From Bacteroidota bacterium (GTDB taxonomy: Bacteria > Bacteroidota > Bacteroidia > Bacteroidales > VadinHA17): DNA of 64,000 nt. The position numbers and the translations under genes were made by a program. The DNA lies in NCBI GenBank assembly GCA_029564935.1, contig JAKQPD010000301.1:10986-74985 (forward strand), given 5' to 3'. Shown here one piece after another: positions 44,465 to 54,889 of this stretch. Under the pieces are notes generated by a model that was given only the letters and a program-made list of their open reading frames with translations, was not told the DNA's origin and ran no database searches. The stretch's first letter is position 1; every line of letters starts with the position of its first letter.

Positions 44465-46340
44465 ATCTTCCCAGATACATTAACAGTACATTTACATCAG
44501 ATGGAGAAACTCCGCTTATTCTTCCTGCCTGTCCTATATTTTCAGGTTTTATCCTTGAAAGCTTTTGTCTTCCTTCAGTAGATATCGATAACAATTCAGA
44601 ATAATTTATATCATCAGGTATACTGATTTTTTCAAGCCTTTTTATTTTTTCTGCAATCAGTCTCTCCCTTTGTATATAACCTTCATACTTTATTTTGATT
44701 TCAGCAGATTCACATATTTCATCAAATATTCCTGAAGATCTCGCCTTAAGCAACTTTTCTTTATCAATAATATTCAACAGCCCCTTAACGGAGACCTGAG
44801 GTCGTGTTGCTACAGTTACAGCCTTTACTTTCTGACTTACAGAACTTGTTTCTTTCGATATTAAAAAATCATTTATTTCCGCAGGATTTATACTCGTCTG
44901 CTCAAGGAATCTTATTATCTCTTTTTCTGACTTTCTTTTTTCTTTCAACCTTAATAATCTGTTGTCATCAGCCAGTCCAATATTATGTCCTTTTTCAGTT
45001 AATCTTTCGTCTGCATTATCCTGTCTTAACAATATTCTGTATTCTGCTCTTGACGTAAACATCCTGTAAGGCTCATCAACGCCTTTTGTCACCAGATCAT
45101 CAATCAACACTCCGATATAAGATTCCTCCCTTCCCAGGACCAGGCTATCCTGTCCCTTTATCTTTAACACTGAATTAATTCCTGCCATCAATCCCTGTGC
45201 TGCAGCTTCCTCATATCCTGTAGTCCCATTTATCTGCCCTGCAAAAAACAGGTTCTCAATCATTTTTGTTTCAAGTGTATGCCGGAGCTGAGTTGGTTGA
45301 AAAAAATCATACTCAATTGCATAACCAGGTCTGAAAATTTCAACATTTTCGAGTCCCTCAACAAGCCTGAGTGCATTTAACTGATATTCAAGTGGCAGAC
45401 TGCTTGCAAATCCATTAACGTAATATTCTATCGTATCAGTCCCTTCGGGTTCAATAAACAGCTGATGAGAATCTTTTTCACTAAAGGTAACTATTTTGTC
45501 TTCTATGCTTGGGCAGTATCTCGGACCCCTGCCCTTAATTCTCCCTGTAAACAGCGGACTATATTTAAGTCCTTTTCTCAGTTCATCATGAACCTTTTCA
45601 TTTGTATGAGTAATAAAACAGCTTCTTTCTTCTTTTATTGGGAGCGCTTCTGACATAAATGAGAATTTCCGGATATCATTATCGCTTCTTTGTTCTGTCA
45701 TCCTGGCGAAATCAATAGTTCTACCATCAATTCTTGCACTTGTTCCTGTTTTTAATCTTTCTACAATAAAGCCTGACTTTCTGAGCTGTTCGCTTAAACC
45801 CACAGAAGCCTGATCACCTGCTCTTCCACCTGTAATCTTATTAAACCCAACATGAATCATACCATTCAGGAAGGTCCCATTTGTAAGTATAACAGCTTTT
45901 GATCTGAATTCAGTTCCTAAAATAGTTTCCACTCCTCCTACCCTTGTTCCATCCAAAATCAGCTTAACAGCCTGTTCCTGCCATATAAAAAGATTTTTCG
46001 TGCCTTCCAGAACTTTTCTCCACTCAACAGAGAATTTCTGTCTGTCACATTGAGCTCTTGGGCTCCACATTGCCGGACCTTTTGATTTATTTAGCATCCT
46101 GAATTGGATCATGCTTCGGTCTGTCACAATTCCACTCATTCCTCCCATCGCATCAATTTCGCGAATTATCTGTCCCTTCGCAATTCCTCCCATTGCCGGA
46201 TTGCATGACATTTGTGCCAGTTTGGTCATATCCATGGTTATCAGCAGTGTTTTTGCACCCATTACTGCAGCTGCATGTGCTGCTTCACAACCTGCATGTC
46301 CCCCTCCTACTACTATAATATCATAAATGAATTTCGCCAT
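44463..46340 (-). CDS. mnmG: tRNA uridine-5-carboxymethylaminomethyl synthesis enzyme MnmG
   Basis: FAD-binding site DIIVVGGGHAGCEAA. GPRYCPSIE. 625 aa. Confidence 0.95.
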   Translation of the reverse strand: MAKFIYDIIVVGGGHAGCEAAHAAAVMGAKTLLITMDMTKLAQMSCNPAMGGIAKGQIIREIDAMGGMSGIVTDRSMIQFRMLNKSKGPAMWSPRAQCDRQKFSVEWRKVLEGTKNLFIWQEQAVKLILDGTRVGGVETILGTEFRSKAVILTNGTFLNGMIHVGFNKITGGRAGDQASVGLSEQLRKSGFIVERLKTGTSARIDGRTIDFARMTEQRSDNDIRKFSFMSEALPIKEERSCFITHTNEKVHDELRKGLKYSPLFTGRIKGRGPRYCPSIEDKIVTFSEKDSHQLFIEPEGTDTIEYYVNGFASSLPLEYQLNALRLVEGLENVEIFRPGYAIEYDFFQPTQLRHTLETKMIENLFFAGQINGTTGYEEAAAQGLMAGINSVLKIKGQDSLVLGREESYIGVLIDDLVTKGVDEPYRMFTSRAEYRILLRQDNADERLTEKGHNIGLADDNRLLRLKEKRKSEKEIIRFLEQTSINPAEINDFLISKETSSVSQKVKAVTVATRPQVSVKGLLNIIDKEKLLKARSSGIFDEICESAEIKIKYEGYIQRERLIAEKIKRLEKISIPDDINYSELLSISTEGRQKLSRIKPENIGQAGRISGVSPSDVNVLLMYLGR

Positions 46341-46763
46341 TTACCATTCATTATATTTACAAATCCAGCTATCCTCCAAAGAATGCATAAATTCCTTTTC
46401 CTTTACAGTTTTATCCCGGTATCCGCATAAATGTAAAGTCCCATGTATTATAACTCTTAACAGCTCCTCTTTAAAACTAACTTTATAGTTAATCGAATTC
46501 TGTTTTACAGTATCTTTACTTATATATATCTCGCCACTTACAATTTCCCTGATACCATAATCAAATGCTATAACATCAGTAAAGTTATCATGTTTTAAGA
46601 ATTCTCTGTTAATTTTCCGTATGTTAAGGTCACCTGTTAAAATAAAATTAAGGTCACCCGGAATTTTTCCTTCATTCCTGATGACCTTAATCACTAATTC
46701 TTTAACTTTCTTTACGTTCCTAATACGGTATTTTATATCATCGTAAAATACGTTAATTTTCAA
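46341..46763 (-). CDS. ybeY: rRNA maturation RNase YbeY
   Basis: 140 aa. HGTLHLCGY zinc motif. The stop abuts the mnmG start with zero gap. Confidence 0.85.
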   Translation of the reverse strand: MKINVFYDDIKYRIRNVKKVKELVIKVIRNEGKIPGDLNFILTGDLNIRKINREFLKHDNFTDVIAFDYGIREIVSGEIYISKDTVKQNSINYKVSFKEELLRVIIHGTLHLCGYRDKTVKEKEFMHSLEDSWICKYNEW

Positions 46764-46767
46764 ATGA

Positions 46768-47163
46768 TTAAATTTTAAAAGTCATTGAAACACTGTTTCC
46801 AATATTATTGAATTCTATCTCATCAGCCAGCTTTGACATCAGGAAAACACCCCTTCCTGCAAGCAATTCGATATTTTCAGGTAACGTGGGATCAGGGATT
46901 TCTGATGGTTTAAAACCTTTACCCTCATCAGTAACAGTTACAATCAGGTTATTGTTCTCCAGAAGAAATTGTACATCAACATACTTTTTAATATCTGATT
47001 TATTTCCGTGAACAATTGCATTATTCACTGCTTCCAAAGTTCCTATAAGGATTTTTCCATAGCTGTCCTGACTTATTCCTGCATCATTTGTAAGGGTATC
47101 TATTGCATTCTCCACCACTCTGAGATTTTCAACTGCCGATCCTATTCTTACTGTTTTTAGCAT
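46768..47163 (-). CDS. Anti-sigma regulatory factor-like Ser/Thr kinase (RsbW/SpoIIAB-type GHKL ATPase)
   Basis: 131 aa. N-box EAVNNAIVHGN, G1 DEGKGF, G2 GRGVFLM. Confidence 0.75.
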   Translation of the reverse strand: MLKTVRIGSAVENLRVVENAIDTLTNDAGISQDSYGKILIGTLEAVNNAIVHGNKSDIKKYVDVQFLLENNNLIVTVTDEGKGFKPSEIPDPTLPENIELLAGRGVFLMSKLADEIEFNNIGNSVSMTFKI

Positions 47164-47217
47164 TTCCTCAATTTAAATTCCTTATACTAAATTACACAAA
47201 ATATGTTTCAGTACAAT

Positions 47218-48399
47218 TTAAATTTTTGAAATCCATTCTTCAGGATTCAGGGCATTTTTTTGTTCAAATATCATGAACTTTAAAATACAGTTATTATCCG
47301 AACCCGGATCGGAATAAACCTCTCCAACATCCTGTTTTGTCTCAACTTTATCTCCTTTTTTTACCCTTACATTCACAAGGTTACTATATACAGTCAGAAA
47401 TGTACCATGTCTGATAATGATTGTGATATTTGCACCGGCAATAGCAGAAATTGCCGATACTTCACCTTTAAATACACTTCTCGCATTAATCTTACCGTTA
47501 CTTGTAATTTCTATTCCTTTATTTTCTTCCGTCACATATTTAAGTACAGGGTGCTGATGTACTCCAAAATGTGAAGTAACAATCCCTCTTTCGACAGGCC
47601 ATGGTAATCTTCCCTTATTTTCCTGAAAATTTTCACCGATGAGTTTTTGTTCAGGAGTCATATCACTTTTTAATGCTCTTTTTCTCTCCTCTTCAATGAT
47701 TTTCGCAATTTCAGCATCTATCCTCTTTGCTATTCTTTTCTTATCTTCCAGTTCTCTCCTTAACTGTTTTTCCCTGTTTCCAAGTGACTGCACCATGTTT
47801 TGCTTTCTTGCCTGTTCACCTTTTAACAGATCTTTCTGTTGAATTTCCTTCATCTGTAAATCTGAAATATACTTAAGATCGCTTTCCAGTCTTTTCTTTG
47901 TATTTTCTATCTGTCCCCTAAGCTCCCGTATAATCTCAGATTCGTTTCTCCTGTATTTTGTAATTTGTTGAAGATATTTCAGTCTTCTATATCCCTGATT
48001 AAAATCTCTCGATGATAATATGTATACCATATCAGGATTTACTTTTTTTGTCTTGTAGGAGTTAATTATTGAAAGTGAATAGTCTTTTTTTAAGACCTCC
48101 AGATCGCTTTCCATCATCTCAAGGGCAATTTTATTGATCCCAATCCTTTCATTTAAAAGTGATATTTCTTCATTCATTCCATTAATTATCGATTCTCTGA
48201 GATTAACTTTATTCACTATTATTCTTAAGGCCTGGACACTTTCCTTCCGCTCTTTTGCGGTACTCTTCAACATGTTATCGACGTAAGTAATTTCTTCCAT
48301 TGCCTTTTGCCGCTGTGCTTCAAGCTCTGCCTTTGTCTGTGCTGCTGCAACACCAAAACAAAAGAATATAATAATATTTAAAAGACTTAAAACTTTCAT
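47218..48399 (-). CDS. EnvC-like murein hydrolase activator (coiled coil plus degenerate LytM/M23 domain)
   Basis: Signal peptide, about 230 aa of heptad-rich Glu/Lys/Gln sequence, then a C-terminal LytM fold. The HxxxD site reads NKGIE and the HxH site reads ILKFM. Confidence 0.8.
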   Translation of the reverse strand: MKVLSLLNIIIFFCFGVAAAQTKAELEAQRQKAMEEITYVDNMLKSTAKERKESVQALRIIVNKVNLRESIINGMNEEISLLNERIGINKIALEMMESDLEVLKKDYSLSIINSYKTKKVNPDMVYILSSRDFNQGYRRLKYLQQITKYRRNESEIIRELRGQIENTKKRLESDLKYISDLQMKEIQQKDLLKGEQARKQNMVQSLGNREKQLRRELEDKKRIAKRIDAEIAKIIEEERKRALKSDMTPEQKLIGENFQENKGRLPWPVERGIVTSHFGVHQHPVLKYVTEENKGIEITSNGKINARSVFKGEVSAISAIAGANITIIIRHGTFLTVYSNLVNVRVKKGDKVETKQDVGEVYSDPGSDNNCILKFMIFEQKNALNPEEWISKI

Positions 48400-49160
48400 T
48401 TTAAGATAATTCTTTCATAGTTTCTGCCAGAGATAAATTCCAGCTCGCGTTGATCAGCAAAATCTATTGATATAATTTCAATCAGAATTTTTGTTTTCCC
48501 TGATACGTCTTCAAGTGATATACGTCCCGGGTATAATGAATTTCCCTCCGATTTAAAATTCCCGAACTTCATATTTATACCAGCCGTACCATATTTCTCA
48601 CTAACAGTAACAGAGGTGACTTTAGCACTCTTGCAATCCAATGAATACCATAGTTCTTTATTATGATGATACCCTTGAATTTCCGAAGTGCCATTGCTGC
48701 AATCTTTGAGAACCTCTGTCTCAGTAAGTCCATCCAGATAATCCCCGAATACAAGCGGCAACAAATCAGCTGAAACTCCGTATTTATTTGAAAGATAATC
48801 ACTTGATCCACAATATAGTCTTCTGTATATCCTGTCGTTAATTAATACAGTATCAGACGTTACCATCGCTCTTGCAGCTTCAATTCCTGAACGGTTCCTT
48901 ATAGTGACAAGATAATTTCCGTTTCTTCTGTACTTTATCGATGCGATCAATTTTTGTTCTTCTCCGTTGTTTATTACTTCAACATTAGCTTTAAGAATGT
49001 TGAAATCTTTAGCTGTAAGGTTACTTCCAATTATTCTTTCTGTGAGGCTCATATCATTTTCAACGTTCCTGACCGCTGGTATAGTGACATTTGCCTTCCT
49101 AACAGCAGTACAACCGGATAAAATGACCGTAACTATTAATATTATCTCTTTCCACGACAT
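48396..49160 (-). CDS. DUF4292-like (LolB-like) lipoprotein
   Basis: Lipobox VILSGC. 254 aa. Its position between the TPR gene and the EnvC-like gene is a Bacteroidota arrangement I recognise. ATGA start/stop overlap with the downstream gene. Confidence 0.65.
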   Translation of the reverse strand: MSWKEIILIVTVILSGCTAVRKANVTIPAVRNVENDMSLTERIIGSNLTAKDFNILKANVEVINNGEEQKLIASIKYRRNGNYLVTIRNRSGIEAARAMVTSDTVLINDRIYRRLYCGSSDYLSNKYGVSADLLPLVFGDYLDGLTETEVLKDCSNGTSEIQGYHHNKELWYSLDCKSAKVTSVTVSEKYGTAGINMKFGNFKSEGNSLYPGRISLEDVSGKTKILIEIISIDFADQRELEFISGRNYERIILK

Positions 49161-50878
49161 TTCTCTATTTCATTTAAAAGTTCGGTTTTGGAGCTGTCCA
49201 GTTCTATTGCCTTTTTCCAGTTCAAAACAGCCTCATTACAGTTATTTCTCTTCCTTTTTATAAAACCCATATGCTCATAAAATTCAGCATCGCTTTTCTC
49301 ACTTCTGCTTATTACTGACTGCATAATCTTTTCTGCTTCCTTAATTTTTCCTCTTTTGTAAAGTACCCAGGCGTAGGTATCCAGAAATGTATAGTTATCT
49401 TTTTCTTTTTCAATGACTTTTTTTGCCATTTCTTCGGCTTCCTTTAGCTTGAGGTTTTGTTCAGCAAGGTAGTATGCGTAATTATTCAGAATTGTCAGAT
49501 CGTCTTTATTACTATTCATTGCATTTTCAAAAGTTTCAAATGCTTTTTCAAAGTCCTTCATTTTATAGTAAATATCTGCTCTTGTCGATAATACCTGCAA
49601 TAGCATTTCTTCGTTGTCGCCGGCCAGAATTTCAGCTTTTCTTACTTCCTCAAGAGCTGTATCATAGTTACCGTTTTCAGTTGCACCTGCGGCATAAAGC
49701 ATCTTTGCAATAAACGATCTGTTGAATTTTAAAGCACATTCTGCTCCTCTCTTTTCAAGGTTTTTATAATCCTTTTCATCAAGATACACAAGTAAAAGCT
49801 TTTCCCAGGCAAAATAATTCTCAGGTCTTTTAGCTATAATCTCTTCGAGTCTTTCCCCTGCTTCCTTCAATTTATTCACCTTAATTAATAGTTCGGGCCT
49901 TAACAGTTCGATAATTCCATCATTATTATATTCAGCCTCTAAAATCATCAGTGACATAGTCAGCTCTTTTTCCTTGATTTTTACCAGATCCTGAGTTTCA
50001 AGGATTTTTGCGAATAACGAAATTTTATCTTCCCTTGTTACTTTTTCATTAATTATAACAGTATTAATAAGTTGTATAAGGTCATCATATTTTTTATCAC
50101 TTATAAGAAAATCGCATAGTGATAATAAAGTTTCCGGGCTATCAGGATTACGTTCCAACAGCATATTGTAGACTTCCATTGCTTTACCGTTTTCTCCTTT
50201 CTGCCTGTATATTTCCGCCAGTAAACCATTATATAACAATTCGTCGGGGAAATCCCTCAGCAGTTTCTCAACAAGCACCTGAGCCTCACTATATTTTCCC
50301 GATCTTATAAGATTCCTCACATTTGCCAGTGTAGAGGTTTCATTAATTCCATATTTATTATCAAGCCTGTTAAAAATTATCCCTGCCTTATCATATTTTT
50401 CATTTTCAGAATAAAGATTTCCGAGCGCCAGCAGCAGTTCCTCCTTTTCAGGGTATTTCTCAACTGCCATCTGATAATACACTATTGCACTGTCCAGATT
50501 CCTTTCCTGGTAATACACTCCCGAGAGCATCATCAGATACCATAGATTATCAGGCTGGATCTCAACCGCTTTACGTGCGAATTTCTTCCCGTTCTTAAGA
50601 TCGCCTCCTGAGAGTACTATCTGAGCCATCTGATAGTAAACTGCATCGCTTGAGGGATTAAGTTTGGCACATTGTTCAAAGTATTTCAGAGCTTCGCCGT
50701 TGTTACCCATAAGTTTTTGCTTTACAGCCTCAACAAATACATAATCAAACACTGCCGAATCATACTCTTTTCCCCTGGTTATATCATTAATGGCCGGCGT
50801 AATCTTCTTATTACATGAAGTTATGGAACTAACGATGAGGATTATAACCCAAATATTTAATAACAATCTTTTCTTCAT
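49142..50878 (-). CDS. Tetratricopeptide-repeat lipoprotein
   Basis: Lipobox ITSCN. Many 34-aa TPR units (A..YY..A, NP...A patterns) across 578 aa. Confidence 0.8.
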   Translation of the reverse strand: MKKRLLLNIWVIILIVSSITSCNKKITPAINDITRGKEYDSAVFDYVFVEAVKQKLMGNNGEALKYFEQCAKLNPSSDAVYYQMAQIVLSGGDLKNGKKFARKAVEIQPDNLWYLMMLSGVYYQERNLDSAIVYYQMAVEKYPEKEELLLALGNLYSENEKYDKAGIIFNRLDNKYGINETSTLANVRNLIRSGKYSEAQVLVEKLLRDFPDELLYNGLLAEIYRQKGENGKAMEVYNMLLERNPDSPETLLSLCDFLISDKKYDDLIQLINTVIINEKVTREDKISLFAKILETQDLVKIKEKELTMSLMILEAEYNNDGIIELLRPELLIKVNKLKEAGERLEEIIAKRPENYFAWEKLLLVYLDEKDYKNLEKRGAECALKFNRSFIAKMLYAAGATENGNYDTALEEVRKAEILAGDNEEMLLQVLSTRADIYYKMKDFEKAFETFENAMNSNKDDLTILNNYAYYLAEQNLKLKEAEEMAKKVIEKEKDNYTFLDTYAWVLYKRGKIKEAEKIMQSVISRSEKSDAEFYEHMGFIKRKRNNCNEAVLNWKKAIELDSSKTELLNEIEKCRGKR

Positions 50879-50881
50879 TTC

Positions 50882-51316
50882 TTATTTCTTTCCAGTATGA
50901 CCGAATCCTCCCGAACCTCGTTCTGTTTCTTCAAGAACATCAACTTTTATCCACTCAGCTCTCTCATGTTTGCTTATCACCATCTGACATATCCTGTCGC
51001 CATCTCTTATAACGAAATCTTCTTCAGATAAGTTTATCATTATTATACAAACTTCTCCACGGTAATCCGAATCGATAGTCCCCGGAGAATTTAATATACT
51101 TATTCCCTTATTTATCGCCAGTCCGCTTCGTGGCCTTATCTGGGCTTCATAACCCACAGGGATCTCAAGATACAAACCCGTTGGGATCAATGCTCTCTTA
51201 CCCGGACTAATTATAACATCTTTTTCAAGATTTGCCCTGACATCCATACCGGCCGATGCAATTGTAGAATATTCAGGCAGATCATGTCCGGATTTATTTA
51301 CTATCCTGATCTTCAT
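50882..51316 (-). CDS. dut: dUTP diphosphatase
   Basis: 144 aa. [20 protein letters not shown] and a C-terminal [10 protein letters not shown]. Confidence 0.95.
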   Translation of the reverse strand: MKIRIVNKSGHDLPEYSTIASAGMDVRANLEKDVIISPGKRALIPTGLYLEIPVGYEAQIRPRSGLAINKGISILNSPGTIDSDYRGEVCIIMINLSEEDFVIRDGDRICQMVISKHERAEWIKVDVLEETERGSGGFGHTGKK

Positions 51317-52788
51317 TTATAACTTTTTTTGAAAAATACTGTCAAAAAATGATCTCTGTACTGTGCGAATATTATAAAAAGAACAATTAATACCGTATTT
51401 ATAGCAATTTCAGCAATTAAACCCGGGTATTTGAAAATCCTTGAAAAAATAACAATCATGCCTGCCAGTATGAAATAAGGGATAAGTTCCTTCATCCTGT
51501 ACTCTATTTTAAAGTGTTTTTCAGCCAGAATGAAAGATAGTATAATCATACTTCCGTAAGATGCAATATGAGCCCATGCTGATGCCATATAACCATAGGC
51601 AGGAATAAAGATTACATTTATAAGAATGGTAACTGCTGCACCGGTAAATGTAATGTAAATTCCATATTTTGTCAGATCATTTAATTTATACCAGATGCTG
51701 TGATTCATATATATTCCGTAAAGAAGATATCCCATGCTTACAATCGGTACTACAATTACTGAAGATCTGAATAATTCCCCGATTATCAGACTGAATCCTG
51801 CAATATAAAGATTAATAACGAGGTATACCACTATCATCGAAATTACAAAGAACTTCATTACAAAAGCGTATGTTTCCTTTGCTCCGGTTGATTTTGCTCT
51901 TTCAAAGAAAAACGGCTCCGCTGCAAATCTGAACATCTGTATAAAAAGTGACATCAGCACTGCAATTTTATAACCTGCTCCATATTCTCCCAGTACTTCA
52001 AGTCCATCTCCATTAGCTGCCATTCTCCTTAATATTATCTTATCAAGAGCTTCATTCACTGCGCCGCCCAGACCAGCTATCATCAGAGGGAAGGAATAAC
52101 TGACCATCTTAATCCAGATATCTCTTCTGAACACAGGTTTGATTTTTATAATGTAAGGAAGCAATAATATGAGCGTTGCAGAACTGCCTATAAGATTTGC
52201 AAGAAATACATAACCAACGCCATATTCCGGATCATAGACTTTTGAAAACCATCCGTTGCTCCTTTGGTAAATATCAGGCGCTATGAAAAGAAGAAAAACA
52301 ACAGCGATAATGGTGAAAATCACATTCAGAATCTTTATCAGACTGAATATAACCGGTTTATTATCTTTTCTTAATCGTGCGAATGGAATGGCTGCAAATG
52401 CATCTATAGCTACTATAGCAGCAAACATTTTAATATATTCAGGATTTTCACTGTATTTCAATAAAGTCGAAACAGGTTTAATGAAGACAAAAACCAGGAT
52501 CACAAACAGCAATGAAGAAGTGAATAAACTTATTAAAGCAGTCGAATATACCTTTTCATAATTTTCCTTGTTTTGCGAAAACCTGAAAAAACCTGTTTCC
52601 ATTCCGTATGTCAGAATTATTAGCAGAAATACCATCCATGCGTATAGTTCTGTAACAATTCCATACTCACCTTTGTCGAATATCCTCGTATACAAAAATG
52701 TGAGTATTCCATAGTTAAGGAATCGCGGAACGATAGTTCCAAAACCGTAGACCAAGGTTTGTTTTGCTAAAACTCTGACTTCGTTCAC
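51313..52788 (-). CDS. Oligosaccharide/polysaccharide flippase family protein (MOP superfamily, Wzx/MurJ-like)
   Basis: 491 aa with about 14 TM segments. The stop overlaps the dut start (ATGA-type overlap). Confidence 0.75.
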   Translation of the reverse strand: MNEVRVLAKQTLVYGFGTIVPRFLNYGILTFLYTRIFDKGEYGIVTELYAWMVFLLIILTYGMETGFFRFSQNKENYEKVYSTALISLFTSSLLFVILVFVFIKPVSTLLKYSENPEYIKMFAAIVAIDAFAAIPFARLRKDNKPVIFSLIKILNVIFTIIAVVFLLFIAPDIYQRSNGWFSKVYDPEYGVGYVFLANLIGSSATLILLLPYIIKIKPVFRRDIWIKMVSYSFPLMIAGLGGAVNEALDKIILRRMAANGDGLEVLGEYGAGYKIAVLMSLFIQMFRFAAEPFFFERAKSTGAKETYAFVMKFFVISMIVVYLVINLYIAGFSLIIGELFRSSVIVVPIVSMGYLLYGIYMNHSIWYKLNDLTKYGIYITFTGAAVTILINVIFIPAYGYMASAWAHIASYGSMIILSFILAEKHFKIEYRMKELIPYFILAGMIVIFSRIFKYPGLIAEIAINTVLIVLFIIFAQYRDHFLTVFFKKSYK

Positions 52789-52951
52789 TTTATTAAAATG
52801 AATGCAAAGATAGTCGTAAGAATTTAATTTTTCGAAATAACAAATAAATCAATTTCAGCTTATTTTAAAAATCATTCTTTACAATGATGCTTAAAGTTAG
52901 ATATCTTTACGCAGGTTATCAGGCTATAATGTTTATCAAATTGTAACAATC

Positions 52952-53767
52952 ATGAACAAACCGCGATTAAAACCGATTCTTCTATTAATATTCCTTATTC
53001 TTGTCAGCTGTAAAACCACAGGAAGCAATGAGAATACGATAGTCCTCATTAAGACCACGCTCGGAGATATCAAGATCAGGCTTTATGACGAAACTCCGCT
53101 TCACAGGAATAATTTCACCAAGCTTGTAAATTCCGGCATTTATGACGGAGTATTATTTCATCGTGTCATAAATTCCTTTATGATACAGGCAGGTGATCCC
53201 ACAACAAGGCAATCCGGTTTACCGCAGGGTTTAGATTCTATTTCAAATTACACAATTCCTGCGGAGTTCCGTTCCGGATATTTTCACAAAAAAGGAGCCC
53301 TTGCTGCAGCACGTGAAGGCAATGAAGTCAATCCGGAAATGAGGTCTTCAGGAACACAGTTTTATATTGTTCAGGGGACAAAGCTCACAGAAACCGATCT
53401 TAACCAGGCTGAACAAAGGATTAATAATAACCTCAAGCAGGCAATGTTCATAAAATTTCTCAGGGAGATTTCCGATAGTGCACGAATTTCAGGCATCCAG
53501 GTTTCTGATGGTGAAATACAGGAAAAGGCTTCGGCTAAAATGTTTGAATATCTGACAATAAATGAAAGCTACAAAATTCCCGCGGATCAACGATCAGTAT
53601 ACACAACCCTGGGTGGTGTACCCCGTCTTGACGGAACGTATACAGTCTTTGGTGAAGTAACTGAAGGCCTCGATGTTGTTGACAGAATAGCTGCCGTAAA
53701 GACTGATAATACTGATCGCCCTCTGTCTGATATCAGGATATTGAAAATGAAAATTATTTCCAAATAA
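52952..53767 (+). CDS. Cyclophilin-type peptidyl-prolyl cis-trans isomerase, lipoprotein, with internal insertion
   Basis: Lipobox LVSCK. FHRVINSFMIQAGDP, GALAAAR, TQFYIV, YTVFGEV. About 65 aa are inserted between the conserved blocks. Confidence 0.85.
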   Translation: MNKPRLKPILLLIFLILVSCKTTGSNENTIVLIKTTLGDIKIRLYDETPLHRNNFTKLVNSGIYDGVLFHRVINSFMIQAGDPTTRQSGLPQGLDSISNYTIPAEFRSGYFHKKGALAAAREGNEVNPEMRSSGTQFYIVQGTKLTETDLNQAEQRINNNLKQAMFIKFLREISDSARISGIQVSDGEIQEKASAKMFEYLTINESYKIPADQRSVYTTLGGVPRLDGTYTVFGEVTEGLDVVDRIAAVKTDNTDRPLSDIRILKMKIISK

Positions 53768-53795
53768 AAATATATTAATACTAAACTTTTTATAA

Positions 53796-54836
53796 ATGCT
53801 TTCCAGAATAAATTCTTTAATCACCGAAATTAATTCCCTTCAGATAAATGATCCTGTAGAGCTGGAAACATTCCGTATTAAATATCTTGGAAAAAAAGGT
53901 ATTATTTCAGATCTCTTTGAAGAATTCAGGGATGTCTCTCCTTCCGATAAAAAGAATATTGGCCAGATTCTTAATAAATTAAAGCAAACTGCAACTGATA
54001 AATATAACGATTTTAAAAACCGGTTAAGTTTTTCTTCAGCCAGTTCAGGACAAAATGATCTTACAAGGCCATGTTATCCCTGGGAATTAGGATCACGTCA
54101 TCCTATTTCAATAATCAGGAATGAGATCATCAGAATATTTGAGAGGATAGGTTTTACAGTATCTGAAGGTCCTGAAATTGAAGATGATGATCATAATTTC
54201 ACCTGTTTAAATTTCGCTCCCGAGCATCCGGCGAGGGATATGCAGGATACATTTTATATTTCAAGGATTTCTTCAGAGGATTCAAATCCCGGAGATATAT
54301 TGCTTCGTACTCATACGTCTTCTGTCCAGGTTAGGGTTATGCATAATCAGAAGCCTCCGATAAGGACGATTTCACCGGGCCGTGTATTCAGGAATGAAGC
54401 AATATCTGCAAGGGCACACTGTATATTTCACCAGGTAGAAGGTTTATATATTGATGAAAATGTATCCTTTGCCGATCTCAAGCAGACTCTGCTTTTCTTT
54501 GCCAGGGAGATGTATGGTAAGAATACAAAAATAAGGCTCAGGCCATCATACTTCCCGTTTACTGAACCTTCCGGGGAAATGGATGTAAGCTGTACTATCT
54601 GCGGGGGGAAAGGATGTAATGTTTGTAAATATACAGGCTGGCTTGAGGTGTTAGGTTGCGGAATGGTTCATCCTGCCGTCCTTGACGCCTGTAATATTGA
54701 CAGTGCAAAATATACAGGATTCGCATTCGGCATGGGCATTGAAAGACCTGCAATGTTAAAATATCAGGTTAATGATCTCCGGCTTTACTTTGAAAATGAT
54801 ATAAGGTTTCTTGGACAATTCAGTACTTCATTTTAA
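53796..54836 (+). CDS. pheS: Phenylalanine--tRNA ligase alpha subunit
   Basis: Class II motifs: HPARDMQDTFY, LRTHTS, FRNEA, FPFTEPS, GMGIERPAML. Confidence 0.95.
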   Translation: MLSRINSLITEINSLQINDPVELETFRIKYLGKKGIISDLFEEFRDVSPSDKKNIGQILNKLKQTATDKYNDFKNRLSFSSASSGQNDLTRPCYPWELGSRHPISIIRNEIIRIFERIGFTVSEGPEIEDDDHNFTCLNFAPEHPARDMQDTFYISRISSEDSNPGDILLRTHTSSVQVRVMHNQKPPIRTISPGRVFRNEAISARAHCIFHQVEGLYIDENVSFADLKQTLLFFAREMYGKNTKIRLRPSYFPFTEPSGEMDVSCTICGGKGCNVCKYTGWLEVLGCGMVHPAVLDACNIDSAKYTGFAFGMGIERPAMLKYQVNDLRLYFENDIRFLGQFSTSF

Positions 54837-54889
54837 CTGTTTGAACTTATAATTCAGATTTTTGTTAACAAGTGTAATTATTTACGCAG

